A model generated the notes under the pieces. It was not told where the DNA came from and made no database searches. It was given only the letters and a program-made list of their open reading frames with translations. Position numbers and translations under genes: made by a program. Below, one piece after another: positions 46,401 through 53,529 of a DNA stretch of 64,000 nucleotides; within the stretch, counting starts at the first letter, position 1; the number at the start of each line of letters is the position of its first letter. The DNA is from Mucilaginibacter sp. (GTDB taxonomy: Bacteria; Bacteroidota; Bacteroidia; Sphingobacteriales; Sphingobacteriaceae): contig JAQBOM010000014.1 of the NCBI GenBank assembly GCA_028288025.1, forward strand, positions 26,477-90,476, in the 5' to 3' direction.

Positions 46401-49157
46401 TATTTAACCAGCGCCGCGCTAACAAGCTTTGCCGCGGCGGGGACCAACAGCCAGATCACCGATACGTACTATGACAAACCCGTACCCACGGTAAGCGGCC
46501 ATACCAATGGGATAGCTACCCTGCCGGGGCAGAGCTACCTGCGCAAGCGCGTAGCGGCCAGCACCTATACCGAAACGCAGGGCAGCCCGGTGCTGCGGGC
46601 TACCTATTACAATTACGACCTGGACGGGAATGTAAAAACCTTGTGGCAGCAGGTGGACGGCCTTTATATCAACAGCAGCAATGCCGGGCTGAAGCGCATC
46701 GATTATGAATACGACCTGGTGAGCGGCAAGGTCAATTTCGTGCGCTACCAGGACGGGCAGCCAGATGCGTTTTATTATAGCTATCAATACGATGCTGATA
46801 ACCGCCTCACCAAAGCCTACAGCAGCGTAACAGCCATGGTGGATACCGCCCTGGGCAGTTTTCTGCCGGCGAGTATCAGGAAACTGGATGCGATCTATTA
46901 CTACTATTTGCATGGCCCGTTGCGACGGGAAGTAATAGGCGGAGACAGCGCGGGTGTGCAGGGGGTTGACTATGCCTATACCCTGCAGGGCTGGCTCAAA
47001 GGCGTAAACAGCACGGCGGCGACAGCGGCAATGGATATGGGGCAGGACGGCGCGGATGCGAGCCATAAGGTGGCGAGGGATGCGTATGGGTACTCGTTAG
47101 GTTATTATACGGGTGATTATACCCCGATAGGCGGAACAGGATACACTGCATTTGCCCTGCAGTATACAGCCACTACCGGTGATATAACCGGGCAGAGTTT
47201 GTATAACGGCAATATTTCAAACGCTACTTTAGCAGTTAACCAGCTGGGCAGCCCGGTAGGATACACCTACCATTACGATCAATTAAACCGCCTGAAAAAA
47301 ATGCGGCAGCATACCGGCATAAGCGGCACCAGCTGGGACAGGCACAGCATCACACCCAACTACCAGGAAAACGTGACCTACGATGGCAACGGAAACATCT
47401 TAACATACGGCAGGAACGGGGCCGCACCTACCGCGCAAACCATTGACAGCCTGACCTATAATTACAGCCACAGTGGCAACAAGTTAATTAATAACAGGCT
47501 GAACTCCATAAGCGACGCCATAGCCAATAGCAACTATAGCCTTGACCTGACTAACCAAACCAACCCGACAAACTACCGGTATGATGCGATTGGTAATTTG
47601 ATTTATGATGCGCAATCAGGTATTACCGGTAACGATGGTATAAATAGTATTACCTGGAGCGTTTACGGAAAAATATTAAACATCTATAAAACTACAGGGA
47701 CAATTAGTTACACTTACAACCCTGCCGGCGAGCGGGTAAGCAAAACGGTGGCCGGGTTGACAACTTTTTATATCAGGGATGCGCAAGGGAACACATTAGC
47801 TCTTTATGATAATAAGAGCAGCAATGTAAATTGGCGCGAACAGCATCTTTACGGTAGTAGCCGGATTGGTATGTGGACACCCAATGTGAACCTGGTAACT
47901 AATAACGCTTTAGCGGTATGGGATACGACAGGAAGAAAACAATACGAGCTGACTAACCATTTGGGAAACGTTTTGGAAACAGTTTCCGAGAAAAGATTAC
48001 AGCATACTACTAGCGGTACGAGTATTGACTACTATTTGGCTGATGTGGCTACGGCGCAGGATTATTACCCTTTTGGTATGCTGATGCCAGGTAGGCAGTA
48101 CAGTTTTAATAACGTGTACCGGTATGGTTTTAACGGGAAGGAGAATGATAATGAGGTGAAGGGGTTGGGGAACCAGCAGGATTATGGGAAACGCATTTAT
48201 GATGACAGGGTAGGAAGGTTTTTAAGTGTGGATCCATTACAGGTCAAATACGCTTCATTAACGCCTTATCAGTTTGCTTCTAATAGTCCAATTGATAATG
48301 TCGATTTGGATGGATTAGAAAAGATTTCTCAAAAACTTATAATTAGAGATGGAAAGCCAGTTTTACAGACTTTAAGTGCTGGGCCAAAGCGGCTTTCATT
48401 CCTTCAATGGGTTGTGGGCAGTAGTTCGAGTAGAGACGTACCACTTGAATATAATATTGAGTATTCAGGCCGAACATATAACTTCTCACCATCCTATGAA
48501 AAATTGGATAATGGTCTTCACCCAACATATTCAATGGAAGACTTGAAGAAGTTTTTGAGATCGCCCAATCAAAATAATCTTATTTCCGAAGATGAGGCAT
48601 ACGCAGGGTTTCAACGTCAGGTTATCATAAATACAGCAATTTATGATGTTGATCGCATTTCAGAAGGTGGGAACTTACTGCTAAATAATGCTCTTTCTAA
48701 TATTGCAATTAGCGTTCATAACGGCAATAATGAAGCCACTGAAGCCAACAATGCAGCTCAAAAGAAGCTACAGGTCGATACTTATGCACAATTGAAGAAA
48801 TCAAGTTCAAATTCGGGACTTAGTAATGATCACATACCATCGTTCGCTTCTTTAAAACATGCAGAACAAGAAAGGTTAGGACGAGATTTAAGCGCCCAAG
48901 AAGAGACAAATCTAAAAATGAATTCACTAACATTGTCAATTAAGACAATATTACATATCAAGAGTTCGGAAACATTTGGTGGCAAAAATACCAGGTCAAG
49001 ACAAATCCAAGACGCTAAAAATCCTTTGCAAGCAATCAGAAATAATGTTGAAGCGTATAGAGCCGAATTAAATAAGGAAGGTTACTCAAATGACGAAATT
49101 AACAAGGCAATACAAAAACTTTCCGTTCCATTTAACCAAAATAAAGCCGGGCCATAG
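40413..49157 (+). CDS. 2,914-aa RHS/YD-repeat polymorphic toxin with long non-RHS N-terminal region and variable C-terminal toxin tip
   Basis: Signal peptide is MRKILPLFYFIVLSSLLTLSSATCLA. YD repeats run from about aa 1,935 (YAYNSTNQVTQQNSPDGG..., YTTYDVLGRITEVGQ, YNYDLDGNV, YEYDLVSGKV, YQYDADNRL, YHYDQLNRL, YRYDAIGNL). The RHS core is YRYGFNGKENDNEV...DYGKRIYDDRVGRFLSVDPL...SPIDNVDLDGLE at 48.1-48.3 kb. A ~277-aa AT-rich tip follows. Confidence 0.9.
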   Translation: MRKILPLFYFIVLSSLLTLSSATCLARIESYRDSIKGPFANGTNYIYQDPNYSQTYTIHNPVQNTVALRVLDNVLISSAFTCTLSLRIDYYTYATNTLTTVYPSLTVNYAAGQGVTYKGLDIYSFQGAYKIQVTVLSSAYTGSTPPANSLQLTSDIVIDRTYAFSGGQVIGAAYTWATNGKQLQATWAPVSGAEEYDVEWTTINTGNSNFALLYANLTSHSSPNIPAVSTALAQCFRNNGSRITTKKDTCTLSVLSTDSLLLVRIRQAQYDPVSGVRVAGNWDYTKGIYYAMWVLNWNEQTQNWQYSAAFAEDGKKKEVISYFDGTLRGRQTVTINNSDNVALAQENIYDDFGRPSASILPAGYKEPSYTPYLHYIKNFNVISANTPYTFANVSGTTPALCELNPDPLSTLAGASRYYSNQNDFTGLNINNNYIPDAVGYPLSVTQYTNDNTGRIRSQGGVGLAFQPGKSGSPPLSKTTKYYYGKPEQWELDQLFGNDAGYAEHYLKNTVVDPNGQISVSYLNASGKTIATALAGLKPASLDTLTSYKPLLPAGKPRNLHILKPEQFIFNSTGLTLNANTTYLATAIGPDTLKFNMQQLIDYYPGGAFQVCSNCYYTMTAKVSDDCGNTIAAITTPLPIGSATANPLATGLFTTSLVAPIAAPGEYNVNIRLAFDNNVIQAYTDSMISKGIQNGYLEQQFGYIKKRYLDSIDVSACYSDCHTCKLLLGTKTDFAQMLRTKCIALGLDSVSVSGAPFTAWANQVYAADSTKCQSLQAGCSYSPCTSIQNVMQNDVSPGGQYALFDSSGITLEPSANVITEILPGATQQNWRVVFPVLLPTNPVYQANAIVLPDGTTTSPNDALFNIQQLITYWQPAWATSFLVYHPEYCRLQYCISNATYESWDMIVQQDINTAAAVPNIPTGGAPLSYAFDNPADWLMAGDPFFKSGGPGYSYASQMSTDLAQYSVNVLGISNSSQHPTRSVMAYIDFTLYCLDTLGNMNNARTIPDTPWTHCTPNPGCRVADREWALYQQYYFTAKQKYYTLLRNASCSTTAPCVIGQPLSSSLPGACPAITDFSVQLYTGASACTGTYQTVVVMHDAGSLSQTTTVTLYYPPALDNPGLTHNITFAAGQSQATICVPAAIPVTSIYVNGVYCPSYPYGNDPTYVVNVVDQSGGTLTNDCSNPTFVQRNTVITLKDSFGNPVNAVSPVTATINYNYTTCINPTPQVLAITLTIPIGQSSSTANGYVSLLDCTVPCHWGTKTIGIGCVQSLSNASNVTGLGTCTGYTYSNPQPPSGSCPAAYTVKIPRFPDATSNIAAQAAATTVSTQLTNPANAAVTAQAGDMCTAMSAAWISRLQPGLTAMGATPTQISALTAAFVSICSAGGDKTHPMGASTLPLPLRPGATDTTFGAAIKRILLGGGTFTTTLNPWLIDAPYPYTVKQQSVPRTISRSDTGLCSLIGRLTTAAGGSSYLYSYLVTTYGSAMTLSASDLTMLQNSCSSCKFLLATDVTLPVFLDPGAAACISYTVYQNAKTALVAQFGGTLPTTDPNYQTIFANYMNQQWGFSLTYADYAAYDASHPGLLCNTMPYTTIATDPNDCVKNAIAKAVIDGLADYNAYITNQRQLFKASYIGTCRLAQANANLNGLQQQYHYTLYYYDQADNLSRTIPPEGVTLFDTSRFGYIDKARDNDTAAYAYTYNGPTTASSLTTALTTLSATLSASVGSVEMWLYNNSTSNYHWVEATPDRSYLFQVGLSGNKLAIDVYPMVQPTGASIQLMPTSGHYQADISALLPLPPFAHVVFQGSNLGAGTSLPQLYLNGTQLTVSNTSAPSPFGFNITAGSTSVTFPDSIYSLKHLRLYTHLLTQATITADANNAFFNATDLTYTGWYRFNVPAPGTPPTTINANTSDETNIIDTYPNHALPTTYAYNSTNQVTQQNSPDGGTNSFWYDLLSRLVVSQNDKQLAGSNYSYTTYDVLGRITEVGQKNQTTVNIGAPDYLTSAALTSFAAAGTNSQITDTYYDKPVPTVSGHTNGIATLPGQSYLRKRVAASTYTETQGSPVLRATYYNYDLDGNVKTLWQQVDGLYINSSNAGLKRIDYEYDLVSGKVNFVRYQDGQPDAFYYSYQYDADNRLTKAYSSVTAMVDTALGSFLPASIRKLDAIYYYYLHGPLRREVIGGDSAGVQGVDYAYTLQGWLKGVNSTAATAAMDMGQDGADASHKVARDAYGYSLGYYTGDYTPIGGTGYTAFALQYTATTGDITGQSLYNGNISNATLAVNQLGSPVGYTYHYDQLNRLKKMRQHTGISGTSWDRHSITPNYQENVTYDGNGNILTYGRNGAAPTAQTIDSLTYNYSHSGNKLINNRLNSISDAIANSNYSLDLTNQTNPTNYRYDAIGNLIYDAQSGITGNDGINSITWSVYGKILNIYKTTGTISYTYNPAGERVSKTVAGLTTFYIRDAQGNTLALYDNKSSNVNWREQHLYGSSRIGMWTPNVNLVTNNALAVWDTTGRKQYELTNHLGNVLETVSEKRLQHTTSGTSIDYYLADVATAQDYYPFGMLMPGRQYSFNNVYRYGFNGKENDNEVKGLGNQQDYGKRIYDDRVGRFLSVDPLQVKYASLTPYQFASNSPIDNVDLDGLEKISQKLIIRDGKPVLQTLSAGPKRLSFLQWVVGSSSSRDVPLEYNIEYSGRTYNFSPSYEKLDNGLHPTYSMEDLKKFLRSPNQNNLISEDEAYAGFQRQVIINTAIYDVDRISEGGNLLLNNALSNIAISVHNGNNEATEANNAAQKKLQVDTYAQLKKSSSNSGLSNDHIPSFASLKHAEQERLGRDLSAQEETNLKMNSLTLSIKTILHIKSSETFGGKNTRSRQIQDAKNPLQAIRNNVEAYRAELNKEGYSNDEINKAIQKLSVPFNQNKAGP

Positions 49158-49160
49158 TCA

Positions 49161-49604
49161 ATGGCGTGCTCAATAAATATGGATATTTTAAATTGGATTG
49201 GTAAAAATATTAACGAGGTCAAAGAAACTTTGCTTTATAAGCGGTATTTTACGAATATTCCTTTAGAAAAGGGAACTGACGTATATTTTTTATTTAACCG
49301 ATTATTAGGAATTGATTTGATTTTGAATGAAAGTTATAATATTAAGTCAATTCACCTTTACTCGGGCAATAAGGATGACATACATCGATTTCCTTATGAA
49401 TTACCTTTTGACTTGAATTTTTCTTTATCGAGGAATGATACCAGGCTAATTTTAGGACCGCCTAATAAGTCTGGTGGTGGCGACTTTAGCTTTATATATG
49501 GTATTACCCCGCCTTGGGATAAATACGTTTATGATAAATTTAGCTTACATCTTCAATTTTTTGAAGACCACAGTGAAATTGCATTACTTACTATCGGCAG
49601 TTAA
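49161..49604 (+). CDS. Putative cognate immunity protein of the RHS toxin tip
   Basis: 147 aa with no signal peptide. It starts 3 nt after the RHS stop and shares the low G+C of the toxin tip. The call is positional. Confidence 0.6.
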   Translation: MACSINMDILNWIGKNINEVKETLLYKRYFTNIPLEKGTDVYFLFNRLLGIDLILNESYNIKSIHLYSGNKDDIHRFPYELPFDLNFSLSRNDTRLILGPPNKSGGGDFSFIYGITPPWDKYVYDKFSLHLQFFEDHSEIALLTIGS

Positions 49605-49764
49605 ATTTATTAAAAATAAGCAAAACTTATAAATTAGGAAAGCGGGTGGTATGAAAGTATAACACGCTTTGTATTAATAAAAAACTATTGGCTTTAAAGT
49701 ATTAACGTTCTTTGAAATATAATTTTATTTTAATACGGATTACAGCTCCGTTATTACGACGAAT

Positions 49765-51657
49765 TTGCCTTTTGCCACTACTTTGCAAACTGGTGGCTAT
49801 TTAAGGCAATTATATAATGGGAATATAGTAGCTGCAAGTGTTAACATCCCGCAACTGACTTCAAGCACTTACTGGCTGGACAAGGTGTATACTTATGACC
49901 AGCTGAACCGGATAAAAAGCGCTACCGCATACCATACCGTTAGTACAAGCAGTACGCCGGTACACAACGGGGATTACGACGAGACATTCACTTATGACGG
50001 GAACGGGAATATATTAGCGGTTAACAGGGCGGGTTCCGGTACGGGTACGTTGAAAGATATAGAGAGCTATACGTACAACAGACATAGCAATGGCCAGTTG
50101 GTTAATAATCAACTTAATTACCTGAATGGGCATGCAGGGGCCAGCAATATTACACCTGACCAGGGTATTAATAACTATACTTATGACCCCATTGGGAATT
50201 TGACAGCCGATGTGCAAGCCGGTATTACAGCCATTGGCTGGAATGTATATGGTAAGATAACAAATATCAATAAAGCGACAGGCAATATTACTTATACCTA
50301 CAACCCCGCCGGGCAACGGGTAAGTAAAACGGTGGTCGGTTTAACTACTTACTATATCCGTGATGCACAGGGGAACACGCTGGCGCTTTATGATAATAAG
50401 AGCAGTAATGTAAACTGGCGGGAGCAGCATTTATACGGCAGCAGCCGCTTGGGTATGTGGACTCCAAATGTAAACCTCGCTATTAATAATGCTTTATCTG
50501 TTTGGGATACTACAGGCCGAAAACAATATGAACTCAGCAACCATTTAGGGAATATGCTGGCGACCATTAGTGATAAACGGCTGCAACACACAACAAGTGG
50601 TACCAGTATAGATTACTATAATGCGGATATTGCGACTGCACAGGATTATTATTCGTTTGGCAGTTTACAACCGGGCAGGCAGTACAATTTCAATAATGTT
50701 TACAGGTATGGGTTTAATGGGAAGGAGAATGATAATGAGGTAAGGGGTGTGGGTAATGAACAGGATTACGGGCAAAGGATTAATATAAATTGGGTTTGTA
50801 GGTTTTCAAGCGTGGACCCCATTAGCAGACAATATCCTGAATTGTCTTCTTATCAGTTTGCTGGTAATAATCCTATCTTAAATATCGATTTAGACGGACT
50901 AGAGCCAAAACGTTTACATTCGGACGATCCAATAACCGAGTTCTTCAATGATATTGCTTACAAATTTGAACTAAAGGTTTACAAATTCGACGCAAAAGTT
51001 TCGAAAATGAGCGATCAGCAAATACAAGACGGAATTAATAAAACAGCCGCCAGTATAATTCGAAATCCTATAAAAGTAGTAGATAATACAATAAAAGATA
51101 TAGAAAAGCAGGGGCATCAGGTTCCTAAAGACCTCAAAACTTTTTCACATCTCGTTGCAAATGGCGAAACGAAAAACGCAAAAGACTTTGCAGAAAATAA
51201 AATTGTTGAATATGCCCCGTGGGCGTTGTTTCTTGAAGAAAAGGAATTCGAAACGACTGCACCAAAGCTGTTTGAAAGTGAAACTGAAGTTCCCATTAAA
51301 GGAACAGGGGATTATCAAGACGTAGGTGGGCATCATGTGCATGCTAAAGCAGCATTTCGCGAAGTTGCAACTTATGACCCTAAAAGGGGATTTTCTGTAA
51401 GCCAAAAGCTAATGAGAGAATTAAACATCGATCACAATACTGTGACTCAAATGCAGAGACGCTTATTTAACGATTTGGCTAAAAGTGGACGACCTAATAC
51501 TTTGATCGAACAAACGAAAATTGCAAAAGAAGCGTTAATAGCCGGCGGGGCTACTGAAAAATTGGCCAATGACTTAATTAAAGCTTCCTTAGAAAACCTT
51601 AAAAGTCAAAATGTTACAGCACCTTCAAATATACCTTGGAATAAAAAGAATAACTAA
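49765..51657 (+). CDS. Orphan rhs C-terminal cassette (last YD repeats + core + alternative toxin tip with GHH-type HNH/EndoVII-like signature); lacks N-terminus and ATG
   Basis: The track ORF starts at TTG. Aa 1-380 parallel aa ~2,260-2,640 of the main RHS (e.g. YTYNPAGQRVSKTVVGLTTYYIRDAQGNTLALYDNKSSNVNWREQHLYGSSRLGMW). The tip after DLDGLE (50905 onward) is unrelated to the main tip and contains DVGGHHVHAKAAF. Confidence 0.75.
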   Translation: MPFATTLQTGGYLRQLYNGNIVAASVNIPQLTSSTYWLDKVYTYDQLNRIKSATAYHTVSTSSTPVHNGDYDETFTYDGNGNILAVNRAGSGTGTLKDIESYTYNRHSNGQLVNNQLNYLNGHAGASNITPDQGINNYTYDPIGNLTADVQAGITAIGWNVYGKITNINKATGNITYTYNPAGQRVSKTVVGLTTYYIRDAQGNTLALYDNKSSNVNWREQHLYGSSRLGMWTPNVNLAINNALSVWDTTGRKQYELSNHLGNMLATISDKRLQHTTSGTSIDYYNADIATAQDYYSFGSLQPGRQYNFNNVYRYGFNGKENDNEVRGVGNEQDYGQRININWVCRFSSVDPISRQYPELSSYQFAGNNPILNIDLDGLEPKRLHSDDPITEFFNDIAYKFELKVYKFDAKVSKMSDQQIQDGINKTAASIIRNPIKVVDNTIKDIEKQGHQVPKDLKTFSHLVANGETKNAKDFAENKIVEYAPWALFLEEKEFETTAPKLFESETEVPIKGTGDYQDVGGHHVHAKAAFREVATYDPKRGFSVSQKLMRELNIDHNTVTQMQRRLFNDLAKSGRPNTLIEQTKIAKEALIAGGATEKLANDLIKASLENLKSQNVTAPSNIPWNKKNN

Positions 51658-51662
51658 TATAT

Positions 51663-52037
51663 ATGATGGAAAAATTAGAATCGTTAGGTAAAGAAATAAT
51701 TGAAAATCTAAGAGATTTATCAATTGAAGAATATTTAGCAATTAAAAAGGGAAGTCTGAAATCAAGAGATGCCCAAAATATTTATAAAATATTCTCATCT
51801 GTAAATAAGAAAGATCAAGACAAGATCGATAAAATTGTTTTTAATGTCATTGATAGGGTTTTACATAACGCTTTATGGATGTTTGAACAAAGTAAAGACT
51901 TTACAATAACCGATAAGAATTTAATTAGCCCTAACGAAGATATTGTAGAAGAAAGTGATGGACTGTCAGGTGAATTATATAGTGAAGACGGCTGGATAGA
52001 AAAATACAGCAAATTCCCATTAGGTACTTCTATTTAG
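51663..52037 (+). CDS. Putative immunity protein for the orphan toxin tip
   Basis: 124 aa, acidic, no signal peptide, starting 5 nt after the orphan cassette stop. The call is positional. Confidence 0.55.
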   Translation: MMEKLESLGKEIIENLRDLSIEEYLAIKKGSLKSRDAQNIYKIFSSVNKKDQDKIDKIVFNVIDRVLHNALWMFEQSKDFTITDKNLISPNEDIVEESDGLSGELYSEDGWIEKYSKFPLGTSI

Positions 52038-52102
52038 GCTTGAGCGTGCGCAGCCGGGTACAGTTGCGAACGAATTAAAGAAAATAGGAACAGAACTATT
52101 AA

Positions 52103-52681
52103 ATGGGACATTCCCTAAATAAGATGAAAATATATAGCGTAAGACCTGATAGTAATAACGTTCAGTGGGTTATACCAATAGTCCCAGAAGAAAATATCTT
52201 AAGTGTGTTATCTTTTGATTGCATTACCAAGAAAAATGGGTTCGATAATATTGAATGGTATATATTCAATCCGAAAGAAAGGAAAGGTAATTTCTATACC
52301 GGAGTGAATGGCGCTTTAATTTTTGATCAGGAAGTATATGATAGCGATCTTTCTATTTTATTTGAAATGGCTGGAGAGATATTGCCCATTAAACTCGAAA
52401 ATGGTGAAATATTATATGCTCTTAACGTTTTGGAATGTGTTAACATGTTAAATCAAAAAGAAACAACCTATGATATTTACGATAGTGGCAAAAGAGGGAG
52501 AATTCTAAATTATTCGTTTCATCCAGACAGATTATCAGAATCATCTATTTTTAAAATCCCGGAAACTTCTCGCGTAGAGATTTTGACTTATACAGATGTT
52601 AAGTATCCGGATGATGAATTTTATACCGTATATAAAGAATCCGGTTTTACAGGGTTAGTTTTTGAGGAAATTTGGGGGTAG
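52103..52681 (+). CDS. Additional immunity-like protein without adjacent toxin (orphan immunity candidate)
   Basis: 192 aa (the alternative start is MKIYSV at 52124), cytoplasmic-looking and AT-rich. It is the last gene of the block. Confidence 0.45.
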   Translation: MGHSLNKMKIYSVRPDSNNVQWVIPIVPEENILSVLSFDCITKKNGFDNIEWYIFNPKERKGNFYTGVNGALIFDQEVYDSDLSILFEMAGEILPIKLENGEILYALNVLECVNMLNQKETTYDIYDSGKRGRILNYSFHPDRLSESSIFKIPETSRVEILTYTDVKYPDDEFYTVYKESGFTGLVFEEIWG

Positions 52682-52753
52682 TGTATCAATTCAATTGTTA
52701 ATTGCACAAAACATTGAAAAATCAAAATTTAAGCAAAATATTGAAAATAACAA

Positions 52754-52788
52754 AAGTGGGGGTATAAAAAACCACCCGCTTTATTTTT
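52754..52788 (+). terminator. Possible intrinsic terminator closing the fibre/RHS block
   Basis: AAGTGGG (52754-52760) pairs with CCCGCTT (52775-52781), 7 bp including one G-T pair. TATTTTT follows. Confidence 0.35.
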
Positions 52789-53159
52789 GAAGTTTAGGTT
52801 TATCAATCAACAAACATTAAGCAATTTTCCACATAAAAACTTTAACAAGCTTACTACCTGCTTATTAGGCCATTTATTTGAAGTGTACCACCTGTAACCA
52901 GGTGTATCCAGGTGTACCGGGTGGTACAGTACAGCATATTCCAAATAAAGTGTAATTTTCCATAGTCACAGTTGGTTTAAAAGTATCATGATCCGGGTTA
53001 TTCATTTTTATTTGTTGATCATAGTTTATTGCGCCCCTACCCGGATTAGCGGCCATTTAACTTGCACTACTACCAATTTTGTTTTCACCGCAGTTTCGCG
53101 TTATGGGATTGCAGCGGATACCGGCTGCGCTGATGGGCTCAGTGCGTGAGCCGCAGCTA

Positions 53160-53306
53160 ATGCCTGTGCAGTATGAGCGGAAAGCCTGACCGCCGTTCTA
53201 CCACGGCGGAAACGCCTGAAAAGAGGTGAAAGCTGAAGACACCCTCCCCAGTGCCGACCCGAACTACCAAACGATATTCGCCAACTATATGAACCAGCAA
53301 TGGGGG
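53160..53306 (+). pseudogene. Relic of an internal segment of a paralogous giant RHS-family gene
   Basis: 53256-53306 (DPNYQTIFANYMNQQWG) matches 45054-45104 of the main RHS gene at 46/51 nt. All 5 differences are synonymous third-position changes. Upstream the frame has stops at 53187 and 53217, and similarity ends at 53306. Confidence 0.7.
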
Positions 53307-53400
53307 TTAATTAGTTGCTTAATCAGCTGTCATCAAGATGTTTAATTGTTGAACACTAATAATCAGCAACTATAAGCTTTCTGGTGAACTGTCGGTAATT

Positions 53401-53430
53401 TGACCTTCACAGGTCACCAATAGGTCACCA
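53401..53430 (+). repeat. AGGTCA motif cluster, right copy (TGACCTtcacAGGTCAccaatAGGTCAcca)
   Basis: AATAGGTCACCA (53419-53430) is identical to 27730-27741. It is preceded by AGGTCA (53411-53416) and an inverted TGACCT (53401-53406). Confidence 0.6.
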
Positions 53431-53529
53431 GAATTGTGTGATTATTTGGTTTTGTTTGAGGGGGGGGTAAAACCAAAAACGCCTTAAATCATTGATTTAA
53501 AGCGTTTTTGGTTTATTTAAAAATATAAC

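Noticed and set aside
49637-52781. 11/12-nt inverted match AAAGCGGGTGG (about 49637-49648) and CCACCCGCTTT (52771-52781) flanking the orphan cassette array
   Set aside because: Matches of this length are expected many times by chance in 64 kb, and no extended similarity surrounds them. The second copy is better explained as part of a terminator hairpin.
52874-53056. 60-aa minus-strand ORF
   Set aside because: It is at the minimum length and lies over the GGTGTACC repeat block in a scar region. It has no motif, signal or start context.
53460-53467. G8 homopolymer as a phase-variation switch
   Set aside because: It lies in non-coding scar DNA with no ORF or promoter element that it could toggle.
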